From Pseudomonadota bacterium (GTDB lineage: Bacteria > Pseudomonadota > Alphaproteobacteria > Acetobacterales > Acetobacteraceae), in NCBI GenBank assembly GCA_041174145.1, contig JBEDHL010000186.1, forward strand, positions 596 through 64,595: a stretch of 64,000 bases of DNA. The letters run 5' to 3'. The notes under the pieces are model-generated. The model did no database searches. It saw only the letters and a program-made list of their open reading frames with translations, and had not been told where the DNA came from. Position numbers and translations under genes: made by a program. Shown here one piece after another: positions 40,766 through 50,256 of this stretch (the stretch's first letter is position 1; each line of letters starts with the position of its first letter).

Positions 40766-42099
40766 CACGGCTGGACCTGGGCTTGCGCCGGCTGGTGCCG
40801 CGCGGGCTTTTGGGCCGCGCACTGCTGATCATTCTGGTGCCGTTGGTGGTATTGCAGGCGATTGCCTTGCAGCTTTTCTATGGCAGCCATCTGGATGTGA
40901 TTTCCCGCCGCTTGGCAGCTGGTGTGGCGGGTGATGTGGCGATGGTGGTTGGCCTGCTGGAACGCGAAACTGCGGCGGAAGATCGCAGCTGGATTTTTCG
41001 CGAAGCCGCCTGGCGGCTTGATTTGTCGCTGGCTTATGAAGCCGGCGCGCGCCTGGCGCAGACGGGCATGCGCCCGGCTTCCATGCCGCTTTTACCATTG
41101 GAAGAAGATTTGGCAGCCGCCATGCAGGAACGCGTGCGCCTGCCCTTTGATGCGGATTGGCAGACCGACCCGCGCAGCGTGATCATTCGCGTACAGATGG
41201 ATGATGGCGTTCTGCATGTGGAAGTGGCGCGCAAGCGGTTATTCAGCGGCACGATTTATCTGTTCGTGATCTGGCTGGTCGGGTCTTCGCTGCTGCTGTT
41301 TCTGGTGGCCGCGCTTTTCATGCGCAACCAGGTGCGCGCCTTGCGCAAGATTTCTGCGGCGGCCGAGGCTTTCGGCATGGGCCGCACCGTGGGGCCGATG
41401 AAGCCGGAAGGCGCGGCAGAGGTGCGGCAGGCGGCAAGCGCCTTCAACCGCATGGAAGAACGCATCAGTCGCTTTGTAGAAAGCCGCACGGCCATGCTGG
41501 CTGGCATCAGCCATGATTTGCGCACACCGCTCACGCGGCTACGCTTGGGCCTTGCCATGTTGCCTGAAGCGGCCCGCGAAGATGCCGCGGCGATGACGGA
41601 AGACGTGGAGGAAATGGATCGCCTGATTGGCGATTACTTGGCCTTCGCACGCGGTGAGGGTGTGGAACAGCCGGAAGAAACCGACCTTGCTGCCCTGGTC
41701 CGCGATGTTGTGGTGCGGCAATCCCGCAATGGCTTGGGCATTCCTTATGAGGCGCCAGAGACATTGCTGATGCAATTACGCGCTGGCGCCATGCGCCGCT
41801 GCTTCGGCAATCTACTGGATAATGCACGCAAACACGCCAAGCACGTGGCGGTGAAGCTTGCCGTGCAGCCGCGCGGGCAGAATGGCGTTTGGGCCGATAT
41901 TACGATTGATGATGATGGGCCGGGTATTCCCGCAGCGGCGCGCGAAGATGCCTTCAAGCCCTTCACCAGTCTTTCGGGCGGCGGCACCGGGCTTGGGCTT
42001 GCCATTGCGCGCGATATTGCGCGCGCGCATGGTGGTGATGTGTTCCTAGAAGACAGCCCGATGGGCGGCTTGCGTGCGCGGATCAGGGTGCCGGGTTAA
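40762..42099 (+). CDS. envZ: EnvZ-like sensor histidine kinase
   Basis: Two TM segments, a HAMP region, H-box AGISHDLRTPLTRLRL and an N/G-box ATPase domain (DDDGPGIP, GTGLGLAIA). It overlaps the response-regulator stop (GTGA). Confidence 0.7.
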   Translation: MTRLDLGLRRLVPRGLLGRALLIILVPLVVLQAIALQLFYGSHLDVISRRLAAGVAGDVAMVVGLLERETAAEDRSWIFREAAWRLDLSLAYEAGARLAQTGMRPASMPLLPLEEDLAAAMQERVRLPFDADWQTDPRSVIIRVQMDDGVLHVEVARKRLFSGTIYLFVIWLVGSSLLLFLVAALFMRNQVRALRKISAAAEAFGMGRTVGPMKPEGAAEVRQAASAFNRMEERISRFVESRTAMLAGISHDLRTPLTRLRLGLAMLPEAAREDAAAMTEDVEEMDRLIGDYLAFARGEGVEQPEETDLAALVRDVVVRQSRNGLGIPYEAPETLLMQLRAGAMRRCFGNLLDNARKHAKHVAVKLAVQPRGQNGVWADITIDDDGPGIPAAAREDAFKPFTSLSGGGTGLGLAIARDIARAHGGDVFLEDSPMGGLRARIRVPG

Positions 42100-42986
42100 C
42101 CCAACACACGCTTTGCCACGACATCCAGCTTCGCCAGCAATTCCGGGTCGCGCTTTTCCGGCGCGGTGATCAACGCATATTCCAGCGCGCGGTCGCAGCC
42201 GGCCGGGCAAGGGCCGCGCGGCGCGCCAAGGGCGGGCACGACATGCTGCACCAAAGCGCGCGCCTTATCGGCGTTGGAAAACAGCACCTTCACCACCTGA
42301 TCAACCGTCACCGCATCGTGGTCAGGGTGCCAGCAATCAAAATCCGTCACCATGGCAACGGTGGCGTAGCAAAGCTCTGCTTCGCGGGCGAGTTTGGCTT
42401 CCGGCATATTTGTCATGCCGATCACGCTGCACCCCCAAGAACGGTAAAGCTCACTTTCAGCCTTGGTGCTGAATTGCGGGCCTTCCATGACCAGGTAAGT
42501 CCCGCCACGCGTCACGGGCAACGCCAGCTTGCGCGCGGCGGCTTCAAGCGCATCACCCAAGCGCGGGCAGACCGGATGCGCGACGGAAACATGCGCGACG
42601 CAGCCTGTGCCGAAGAAGGATTTCTCGCGTGCGAAGCTGCGGTCAATGAATTGATCCACAATCACGAAATGGCCTGGGGGCAAATCTTCCCTGAGTGAAC
42701 CGACGGCGGAAAGGGAGATGATTTCCGTACAGCCAATCCTCTTCAGCGCATCAATATTGGCGCGGTAATTGAGCGCGGAGGGTGGCGTTGGGTGGCCGCG
42801 CCCATGGCGGGGCAAAAAGGCGCAGGGCACGCCATGCAGCCGGCCCGTCAGGATTTCATCGGAAGGATCACCCCAGGGGGTACGCACCTTCACCCAGCGG
42901 CGGTCTTCCAGCCCTTCCATGTCATAAAGCCCTGATCCGCCGATCAGGCCGATCATGGGTTGGATAGTGGCTTCGGCAACATTCAT
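42096..42986 (-). CDS. mtnP: S-methyl-5'-thioadenosine phosphorylase
   Basis: IGLIGGSGLYD N-terminus, FLPRHGRGH phosphate site and a PNP/MTAP family body. Confidence 0.85.
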   Translation of the reverse strand: MNVAEATIQPMIGLIGGSGLYDMEGLEDRRWVKVRTPWGDPSDEILTGRLHGVPCAFLPRHGRGHPTPPSALNYRANIDALKRIGCTEIISLSAVGSLREDLPPGHFVIVDQFIDRSFAREKSFFGTGCVAHVSVAHPVCPRLGDALEAAARKLALPVTRGGTYLVMEGPQFSTKAESELYRSWGCSVIGMTNMPEAKLAREAELCYATVAMVTDFDCWHPDHDAVTVDQVVKVLFSNADKARALVQHVVPALGAPRGPCPAGCDRALEYALITAPEKRDPELLAKLDVVAKRVLG

Positions 42987-43079
42987 GGCGCGCGTTCCGT
43001 CAGGGCTTGGGGTGCCGCGCCTTTAGCGCAGACGCGGCTTTGATGCTAATCTGCCCCGGAACGATGAAAGGCGCGCCTG

Positions 43080-43199
43080 ATGGCCCGTGTGATCCTTATA
43101 CTGGCGCTGGCGCTGGCCGCTTGCGAGAAAAGCGAAAACAACAGCGCCTTCGGCCCGCGCGGCACCGCCTTGCCGCCGCCGGGTCTTCAGCAGAGATGA
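43080..43199 (+). CDS. candidate small lipoprotein (39 aa, below the ORF-track cutoff)
   Basis: My own translation gives MARVILILALALAACEKSENNSAFGPRGTALPPPGLQQR, with lipobox LAAC. A GAAAGG Shine-Dalgarno-like sequence lies about 12 nt upstream, and GC-rich hairpins follow. Confidence 0.4.
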   Translation: MARVILILALALAACEKSENNSAFGPRGTALPPPGLQQR

Positions 43200-43348
43200 G
43201 CTTCGCCACGTTTGAGCTCTGACGCCCGCCAAAGGCGGGCGAGCGCCCGAATGGGCGCCGCCGCTAATGCCGCGAAGCCAAGCGCGCGGAGGCGCGTGCC
43301 GGCGTTTGAGGGCGGATCGGGCGCGATCCGCAACCTACCCAAATTTTA

Positions 43349-44092
43349 TCAAGTCTCGGCGCCGCCATTCACCTGGATCATCTGGCCATTGACGAAGGCG
43401 CCGCCTTCGGAAACCAGCATGCCAACCACGGCGGCGACTTCATGCGGCTGGCCAAGCCTGCCCACCGGCACGCGCGATACCATGCTGGCAATATGGTGAT
43501 GCGCGGCTTCATCATCGCGTTCCCCGGCGATAGGGCCGGGGGAGACCGCATTGGTGGTAACACCCTTGGCGCCGAATTCCTTCGCCAGCGCCTTGGTCAG
43601 CCCCCAAAGCCCGTGCTTGGAGACGGACACCGCCGCGCGGCCATTATAGCCATGGATGGCATTCATGCCGAGCAGGTTCACAATGCGCCCCCAGCCGCGA
43701 TCAAGCATGCCGGGCAGGCAGGCGCGGGCCAGCCACACGCTTGAATCGAGATCTACCGAAATTACCCGGCGCCAATCGGCATCACTCATTTCCAGGAAGC
43801 GGCCATCAGGGCGCAGCGCCGCATTATTCACCAGCACATCCACCGCACCGAAACTGGCAATGGCATCACGCGCGATGCGGGCGCATTCTTCGGCAATGCC
43901 AACATCGCCCATGGCAACCAGCGCTTCCACGCCAAGCGCGCGGGCTTCGGCGGCAACAGCCTCACAAGCTTCCCGATTGCGGGATCCATTGATAACGACA
44001 TTGAACCCCATGCGCGCGAGTTCCAGCGCAATGGCGCGGCCAATATTGCGGCCGGCGCCGGTGATCAAAGCGGTTTTGCGTTGCGTGGTCAT
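43349..44092 (-). CDS. SDR family oxidoreductase
   Basis: TALITGAGRNIGRAIALELA cofactor motif and a classical SDR body. ATG at 44092 is preferred over the track start at 44221. Confidence 0.85.
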   Translation of the reverse strand: MTTQRKTALITGAGRNIGRAIALELARMGFNVVINGSRNREACEAVAAEARALGVEALVAMGDVGIAEECARIARDAIASFGAVDVLVNNAALRPDGRFLEMSDADWRRVISVDLDSSVWLARACLPGMLDRGWGRIVNLLGMNAIHGYNGRAAVSVSKHGLWGLTKALAKEFGAKGVTTNAVSPGPIAGERDDEAAHHHIASMVSRVPVGRLGQPHEVAAVVGMLVSEGGAFVNGQMIQVNGGAET

Positions 44093-44156
44093 ATCCGTTG
44101 CTTCCATAGCGGTTTTGGCAGGTTCTATAGGGGGGGAGCGTGTTCGGGCAAGGCGC

Positions 44157-45770
44157 CTACCAGGCGATCGCCAGACCGCCACCGCCGCGCGGATCGGCGC
44201 CGCCTGCGGGCTTGCCATCACGCAGCAGAATGGCGTGGGCGCGGCTCATGGTCGGGTCATAGGAAATCGGGGAATGGCGCACTTCATGCCCCAGTGCTTT
44301 GAGCGCTGCCACCACATCACCCTGCACGCGCGCTTCGCAGAAAACCGGCCCACCTTCGCAATGAATGCGCGGGAAGGAAACCGCTTCCACCGCCGACATG
44401 CCGAAATCAATCGCATTGATGATGGTGGTGAGCACGGCTGAGATGATCACGCTGCCGCCAGGCGCGCCGACGATCAGCCAGGGCTCATCATCCTTAGTGA
44501 CAATGGTGGGCACCATGCCGGTGGTGCGCGCCTTGCCGGGTGCGATGCTATTGGCGCGGCCCGGGCGCATATCAAACAGCTTCATGGCATTGTTCCAATT
44601 GAAGCCAAGCCCGGGTGTGACCACACCCGCACCGGTGCCGAGTGTATGTGTGACGGAAACGCAATTCCCTGCCGCATCCCACACGGAAAGATGCGTGGTG
44701 CAGGATGGCGGTTCGCCAATCCGCCCGCCAGGCAGCCAGCCATCCCTGATGCGCTTGGCCCATTCAGCGGCGCGGGATTTCGACATCAGGGATTCGGTTG
44801 GCATGCTGACGAAATCCGGATCGCCCAGCGCCTCATCACGGTCATGATGCGCGGCCGCCATGGCGCGCGCGACCAGATCGTAATGCCCGGCGCTGCCAGC
44901 GGGCAAAGCGCCGAGGTCGAAGTTTTCCAGAATATTCAGCATGGCGATGAGCACCGCGCCGGAACCCGGCGGCGGATTCGATGAAATCTTGTAGCCGCGA
45001 TAGGTGCCAATCACGGGCGCGCTTTCGCGCACGCGATAATCGCGCAAATCATCGGCGGTGATAAAGGCGCCGTTTTGCGTGAAATCGCTGATGATCTGGT
45101 CGGCGATTTCGCCCGTGTAGAAATCCTGCGCGCCGTGGGTGGCAAGGCGTTCCAACGTGCGTGCCATTTCCGCATGCACCAGCCTATCGCCCACTTCATG
45201 CAATTGCCCGGCCTGGTTCAAATAAAGCGCAGCGCAGGCTTTGGTTTTGGTCACGCGCTGCATGCCGCTGGGCAAGCCGGGCTGCGGTTTGCGTTCCAGA
45301 AAATCGCGGAAAAACGGCGTCACCAACATGCCATCCCGCGCCATGGTAATTGCGGGGGCCAGCAAATCCGCCCAATCCATGGTGCAGAATTGCGCGTGAA
45401 AATGCGCGAAACCCGCGACCGTGCCGGGGGTCATGATGGCGGTATAGCCAAGCTCGGCGCGCTGATCCTCAAACAGCGCATAGCCGGAGATTTCGGATTT
45501 TCCTTTGCTGTCGGCGGCCCACATATCGGCGCGCACCTTAGCCCCCGCGCGGGCGTGGAAATCAATCATGCCTTGGCGGCCGGTTTTGGCGTCGCGGAAT
45601 TGCAGCGTCCCCATGCCGCCAATGCCGCACATGAAAGGGTCTTGCACCATTTGGCAGAAGGCGGTGGCAAGCGCGGCGTCGAAGGCATTGCCGCCGCGAC
45701 GCAGGATTTCTGCCCCTACATCCGCCGCGCGGGGTTGCGGGCAGACGACAATGCCTTTGATCTTGGCCAT
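44157..45770 (-). CDS. gamma-glutamyltransferase family protein (no signal peptide)
   Basis: GGT fold with the autoprocessing threonine region PPSCTTHLSVWD. ATG at 45770 (MAKIKGIVVCPQPRAADVG) is used; the track's 103-aa N-terminal extension is spurious. Confidence 0.85.
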   Translation of the reverse strand: MAKIKGIVVCPQPRAADVGAEILRRGGNAFDAALATAFCQMVQDPFMCGIGGMGTLQFRDAKTGRQGMIDFHARAGAKVRADMWAADSKGKSEISGYALFEDQRAELGYTAIMTPGTVAGFAHFHAQFCTMDWADLLAPAITMARDGMLVTPFFRDFLERKPQPGLPSGMQRVTKTKACAALYLNQAGQLHEVGDRLVHAEMARTLERLATHGAQDFYTGEIADQIISDFTQNGAFITADDLRDYRVRESAPVIGTYRGYKISSNPPPGSGAVLIAMLNILENFDLGALPAGSAGHYDLVARAMAAAHHDRDEALGDPDFVSMPTESLMSKSRAAEWAKRIRDGWLPGGRIGEPPSCTTHLSVWDAAGNCVSVTHTLGTGAGVVTPGLGFNWNNAMKLFDMRPGRANSIAPGKARTTGMVPTIVTKDDEPWLIVGAPGGSVIISAVLTTIINAIDFGMSAVEAVSFPRIHCEGGPVFCEARVQGDVVAALKALGHEVRHSPISYDPTMSRAHAILLRDGKPAGGADPRGGGGLAIAW

Positions 45771-45855
45771 GGGGTTTCCTCTCCGTTTGGCGTTATGGCA
45801 GCACGAAGCGGCGCAACGCGCCATGGCGCTTGACGGGGTGCGTAACGCGGGCAGC

Positions 45856-47235
45856 ATGGGCGGCATGACAGACACCGCTGAAACCATCCTGCTTCGCCAC
45901 GTGCTGGAAACGCCCGAACCCGCCATTCCTGAGCCAGCGCGGGACGCCGCGCAGGTCTTTCTGCTGGATGGGTTGGCGGTTGGCGTGGCCGGCATGGCCC
46001 ATGCGGCACGGCCAGGCTTGCTTGCGGCGGCGCGCGGCTGGGGCGCGGGGGCCGGGGCGCGGCTTTGGGGCGATGGCACGGCGTTGCCGGCGTCTCAGGC
46101 CGCTTTCATGAATGCCTTTCAGGCCCATGCGCTGGAATTTGACGCTATCCATGAAGCCGCCGTGGTGCATGCGATGACGCCGACCGTCTCCGCCGCTTTG
46201 GCTGAGGCGGAAAGGTTGAGCGGTCTCGGTCAACCGGTATCGGGCGCGCGTTTCATGGCGGCGGTGATCCTGGGGCTTGATCTGGCGTGTACGATTGGTG
46301 CGGCGGCGCGTGGGCCGATGCGCTTCTTCCGCCCGGCGACGGCGGGGATGTTTGGCGCTTATGGCGCGGTTGCGCGGTTGCGCGGGTTTGATTTGGCGAC
46401 TGCCTCCGCTGGGGCGGGGCTGCTGCTGGGGCAAATACCGGGCACCATGCAGGCGCATACGGAAGGGTCCATGGCGCTGCCGGTGCAAATGGGCTTCGCC
46501 GCCATGGCCGGGCTGCGCGCGGCGGATTTGGCGGCGGTGGGCGCGGCGGGACCGGCGCAATGGCTGAATGGCCCCTTCGGCTTTTTAAAACTCACGGAGC
46601 CGGAGCACGATTTGGTACCGGGCCTGGCCGCGCTGGGAAGCACCTGGCAGGTGGCGCGGCTATCGCACAAGCCCTTCCCTTCCGGGCGGCTGACCCATCC
46701 CGCGATTGATGGCGTGCAGCGCTTGATCGCGGCGCATGGCGTGCGCGCTGAGCATGTCAGTGCCGTGCGGCTCTATCTGCCGCCACTGGCGATGCGGCTA
46801 GTGGGCCGGCCGATCAAGCCGGACCTGACTGCCAATTACGCGCGGCTTTGCCTGCCCTATGTGGTAGCGCGCACATTGCTGACCGGCAGTGTCGGGCTTG
46901 GTGATTTTTCCGAGGCGTTGCTGCGCGATGGCCCAACCCATGCGCTGGCGGCGCGGGTGGAATTGCATGGCGATGGGAACGGGGATGAAAACGCCGTGGT
47001 GCCCCAGCGGGTGGAGATTGAATTGCGCGATGGCACGCGGCTGGATCAGCGGGTGGATGCCGCGCTGGGCAGCCCGGAAAATCCTCTGCCGCGCGGGGCG
47101 CAAATCGCCAAGGTGCAGGCGTGCTTCGCGGGCATTCTGCCCGAAGGTCGCGCGGAAGAACTGATCCGCGCGATTGAGGCGCTTCATGAAGCGCCGGGTG
47201 TAGCGGCGCTGACCGCCTTGTTGCGGCCAGCGTAA
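45856..47235 (+). CDS. MmgE/PrpD family protein
   Basis: About 459 aa with typical PrpD-family N-domain features (FLLDGLAVGVAGMAHA, AFMNAFQAHALEFDAIH) and the C-terminal alpha/beta domain. Start is at 45856 or 45865. Confidence 0.8.
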   Translation: MGGMTDTAETILLRHVLETPEPAIPEPARDAAQVFLLDGLAVGVAGMAHAARPGLLAAARGWGAGAGARLWGDGTALPASQAAFMNAFQAHALEFDAIHEAAVVHAMTPTVSAALAEAERLSGLGQPVSGARFMAAVILGLDLACTIGAAARGPMRFFRPATAGMFGAYGAVARLRGFDLATASAGAGLLLGQIPGTMQAHTEGSMALPVQMGFAAMAGLRAADLAAVGAAGPAQWLNGPFGFLKLTEPEHDLVPGLAALGSTWQVARLSHKPFPSGRLTHPAIDGVQRLIAAHGVRAEHVSAVRLYLPPLAMRLVGRPIKPDLTANYARLCLPYVVARTLLTGSVGLGDFSEALLRDGPTHALAARVELHGDGNGDENAVVPQRVEIELRDGTRLDQRVDAALGSPENPLPRGAQIAKVQACFAGILPEGRAEELIRAIEALHEAPGVAALTALLRPA

Positions 47236-47247
47236 CGGACGCTCCGC

Positions 47248-48336
47248 TCAGATCGTGCTATTCACCCCAAGCCGCTTGGCGGTTTGCAGGATATTTGCCC
47301 AGGTATCTTCTGGGAGCGGCACGCCATCAGCGAGCCGTTCCGCGCGCCGCGTCGCTTCCGGTTCACCCGGCAGCAGCACCGGCGCTGAGGGATCGGCGGG
47401 GCGCGTCTGCGAAACCCAATCAGCGTAAATCAGACCCATGCGTTCAAATTCCGCCTGGGTGCCGAAATGCTTGGGTGAGATGAAAATGGAAAGCATGCCG
47501 TTCGCGATGCGCGTACGTTCCGAAACCGGGCCGCTGGTGCCGCCTGCGGTCAGGCAGCCCGCGAGCATTTCGCACATGAAGGCCAGGCCAGAGCCCTTAT
47601 GTTCGCCAAAGGCGCGAATCGCCCCCGTGCCCTTGGAAACATCGCGCGGGCCGAGCGTGTCATAGGGGCCGTAAAGCGTGTGCGGGTCCGTTGAAAGCCG
47701 ACCATCGGCTTCGATCAGCGCGCCAGGCGGCAGCGCCTTGCCGCCGGAAGATGCCACCAGCACCTTGCCTTCCGCCACCAGCGAGGTCGCGAAATCGAGC
47801 AGGATGGGCCGGCCCGGCAGCGGCACGCCGATGGACACCGGATTGGTCGAAAAGCGCCGCTCCACACCGCCAAAAGGCGCCACCAGGATCGAGCCCGCGA
47901 CATTGACGAAATGGATCGAAATCAGCCCCTGTTCCATCGCCTGTTCGGCATAGGCGCCAACGCGACCAATATGCCCAGCATTGCGCAGTGCTGTGATGCA
48001 AACACCATTTTCCACGGCGCGCTTGATGCCGAATTCCACGGCCTGAGGCGCCACGGTTTGGCCAAACCCCCATTTGCCATCAATCACAGCGAAGGAACCG
48101 CCATCGGTCACCACATCGGCGGTTTGCCCCTTCAGCACATAGCCCGCTTCCAGCCATTCCACATACCGCGGCACGCGCACCACGCCGTGGCTGTCATGCC
48201 CGGCAAGATTCGCATCCACCAAATGGCGGCTGATGCGGCGGCTTTCCGGGCCATCACAGCCCGCGGCCTGAAACACATTAGCGACCAAGCCATCAAGCGC
48301 TTCGGCATTGATCATCTCATAGGGGGTGCTACCCAT
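47248..48336 (-). CDS. Ldh_2 family oxidoreductase (malate/L-lactate/sulfolactate dehydrogenase type 2)
   Basis: AGHDSHGVVRVPRY and NAGHIGRVGAYAE motifs typical of the Ldh_2 family. Confidence 0.8.
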   Translation of the reverse strand: MGSTPYEMINAEALDGLVANVFQAAGCDGPESRRISRHLVDANLAGHDSHGVVRVPRYVEWLEAGYVLKGQTADVVTDGGSFAVIDGKWGFGQTVAPQAVEFGIKRAVENGVCITALRNAGHIGRVGAYAEQAMEQGLISIHFVNVAGSILVAPFGGVERRFSTNPVSIGVPLPGRPILLDFATSLVAEGKVLVASSGGKALPPGALIEADGRLSTDPHTLYGPYDTLGPRDVSKGTGAIRAFGEHKGSGLAFMCEMLAGCLTAGGTSGPVSERTRIANGMLSIFISPKHFGTQAEFERMGLIYADWVSQTRPADPSAPVLLPGEPEATRRAERLADGVPLPEDTWANILQTAKRLGVNSTI

Positions 48337-48391
48337 TACCCGAACTCCGCAAAAGGAAAACGCGCCGAGAGCATGGCCCGGCGCGGTGCGA

Positions 48392-49153
48392 TTACATGGC
48401 GGCGATCTTCTTCGCCTGCGGCGCCAACAGGCGCATATAGGTCGGCGTCACCAGCATTTCGGTGATATTCGCCCGCGCCGGCATGGTGGCGACAAAAAGC
48501 GCCATCGCCGCCAGATCTTCCGGCTGCAATAGCCGTTCAATATCTTCCTGCGGCACGGGTTCTGGCCGGTTCTTCAGAATATCGGTCGCCACTTCGCCGG
48601 GGCAGATGCAGCAGGAACGGATATTATGAATGCCGTTTTCCTGATTGATGCTTTGCGACAGCGCCACAAACCCATGCTTCGCCGCCGTATAGCCAGGGCC
48701 GGAGAGGAAGGAGATATTCTTCCCCGCCATGGAAGCGATTTGGATGATATGTCCGCCGCCGCGCTTGCGCATACCCGGCAACACCGCGACCGAGGTGAAG
48801 AAAGGCGCGGTCAGGTTGCCATCCACCAGACTGCGAATGGCGTCCGGCGTCAGCTGGTGCAGATAGCGCTTGGGCAAATTCACACCGGCATTATTCACCA
48901 GAATATCCGGCCCGCCGATGGTGGATTCTACCTTGGCGAGCGCAGCGGCGACCTGTTTTTCATCGGTCAGGTCGGCGGGCACAATCACCGCGCCACCGCC
49001 GATCATTTTCGCGGTTTCTTCCAGCGGCGCGGTGCGGCGCCCGGTCAGCGCAACCTTGGCCCCTTCAGCGGCGAAGCTGATGGCAATGGCGCGGCCAATG
49101 CCGCTTCCCGCGCCGGTGACCCAGGCGGTTTTTCCTTCAAGACGTTTCATCAC
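48392..49153 (-). CDS. SDR family oxidoreductase
   Basis: [16 protein letters not shown] cofactor motif and catalytic YTAAK. A 4-nt overlap joins it to the upstream ABC ATPase gene. Confidence 0.85.
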   Translation of the reverse strand: MMKRLEGKTAWVTGAGSGIGRAIAISFAAEGAKVALTGRRTAPLEETAKMIGGGAVIVPADLTDEKQVAAALAKVESTIGGPDILVNNAGVNLPKRYLHQLTPDAIRSLVDGNLTAPFFTSVAVLPGMRKRGGGHIIQIASMAGKNISFLSGPGYTAAKHGFVALSQSINQENGIHNIRSCCICPGEVATDILKNRPEPVPQEDIERLLQPEDLAAMALFVATMPARANITEMLVTPTYMRLLAPQAKKIAAM

Positions 49154-50250
49154 AGGACCTTATCGGTGGTGGGATCAATCAGATGCATCTGATCCATATG
49201 CGCAATCAGTGACAGCGGCGCGCCAACGGCAGCCGGGGTGGCGGGGTCAAGCCGCGCGGAGACTTCCGTGCCATCAAGCTTGAAATGCACCAGCGTTTCC
49301 ATGCCCATAGGCTCGATCACTTCCGGCTTCAGCGTGACGGGCGCGGTGTTGGATTTATCCGTGGGCTTGTCATCCGTCAGGTGTTCCGGGCGGATGCCGA
49401 ACAGCACGTTTTTACCGACATGCGCCTGATAGCGCGCGGTGCGGGATGCCGGCACATTCAGCACAATATCATGCGGCAAATGCAGGCGGAGCGCGCCTGA
49501 CGCCTGTTCCACCTTCGCCGGGATGAAATTCATCGAAGGGCTGCCAATGAAGCCCGCCACGAATTTCGTCGCGGGATTGTGGTACAATTCCTGCGGCGGC
49601 CCAACCTGTTCAATGATGCCGTGATTCATCACCACCACGCGGTCCGCCAAGGTCATGGCTTCCACCTGATCATGCGTCACATAGACGGTGGTGGTATTCA
49701 CCGTCTGATGCACCTTCTTGATTTCGGTGCGCATTTGTACGCGCAGCTTGGCATCCAGATTGGAAAGCGGCTCATCGAACAGGAACACTTTCGGGTCGCG
49801 CACAATGGCGCGGCCCATGGCAACGCGCTGGCGCTGACCACCGGAAAGCGCCTTGGGCTTGCGTTCGAGCAGCGGCGTAATATCCAGAATACGCGCGGCT
49901 TCGGTCACTCGCCGATCAATTTCCGCCTTCGGGAATTTCCTGAGCATCAGGCCAAAAGCCATATTATCATAGACGCTCATATGCGGATAAAGCGCGTAAT
50001 TCTGGAACACCATGGCGATGTCGCGGTCGCGCGGCGGGATGTCATTCACCACCGTGCCGCCAATCGCGATTTCGCCCGAGGTGATTTCCTCCAGCCCCGC
50101 AATCATGCGGAGCGTGGTGGATTTGCCGCAGCCCGAAGGCCCGACCAGCACGACGAATTCATGATCGGCGATTTCAAGGTCAATGCCTTTTACCGCCTGA
50201 ACGCCGCCTTCATAGGCTTTGACGATTTTGCGAAGCGAAACCTGAGCCAT
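49150..50250 (-). CDS. carbohydrate-type ABC transporter ATP-binding protein (UgpC/MalK-like)
   Basis: Walker [10 protein letters not shown], signature [10 protein letters not shown], Walker B FLFDEP and a C-terminal TOBE-like regulatory domain. Confidence 0.9.
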   Translation of the reverse strand: MAQVSLRKIVKAYEGGVQAVKGIDLEIADHEFVVLVGPSGCGKSTTLRMIAGLEEITSGEIAIGGTVVNDIPPRDRDIAMVFQNYALYPHMSVYDNMAFGLMLRKFPKAEIDRRVTEAARILDITPLLERKPKALSGGQRQRVAMGRAIVRDPKVFLFDEPLSNLDAKLRVQMRTEIKKVHQTVNTTTVYVTHDQVEAMTLADRVVVMNHGIIEQVGPPQELYHNPATKFVAGFIGSPSMNFIPAKVEQASGALRLHLPHDIVLNVPASRTARYQAHVGKNVLFGIRPEHLTDDKPTDKSNTAPVTLKPEVIEPMGMETLVHFKLDGTEVSARLDPATPAAVGAPLSLIAHMDQMHLIDPTTDKVL

Positions 50251-50256
50251 TTTCGA

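Noticed and set aside
43007-43232. 71-aa plus-strand and 69-aa minus-strand ORFs in the mtnP-SDR gap
   Set aside because: They overlap each other and the better-supported lipobox sORF. The translations are Arg/Ala-rich with no signal, motif or RBS.
45505-46079. Mutually overlapping N-terminal extensions of the GGT-like (to 46079) and PrpD-like (from 45505) ORFs
   Set aside because: Family-typical N-termini begin at 45770 (MAKIKGIVVCPQPRAAD) and 45856/45865 (MTDTAETILLRHV). The extensions overlap each other's coding sequence and are low-complexity.
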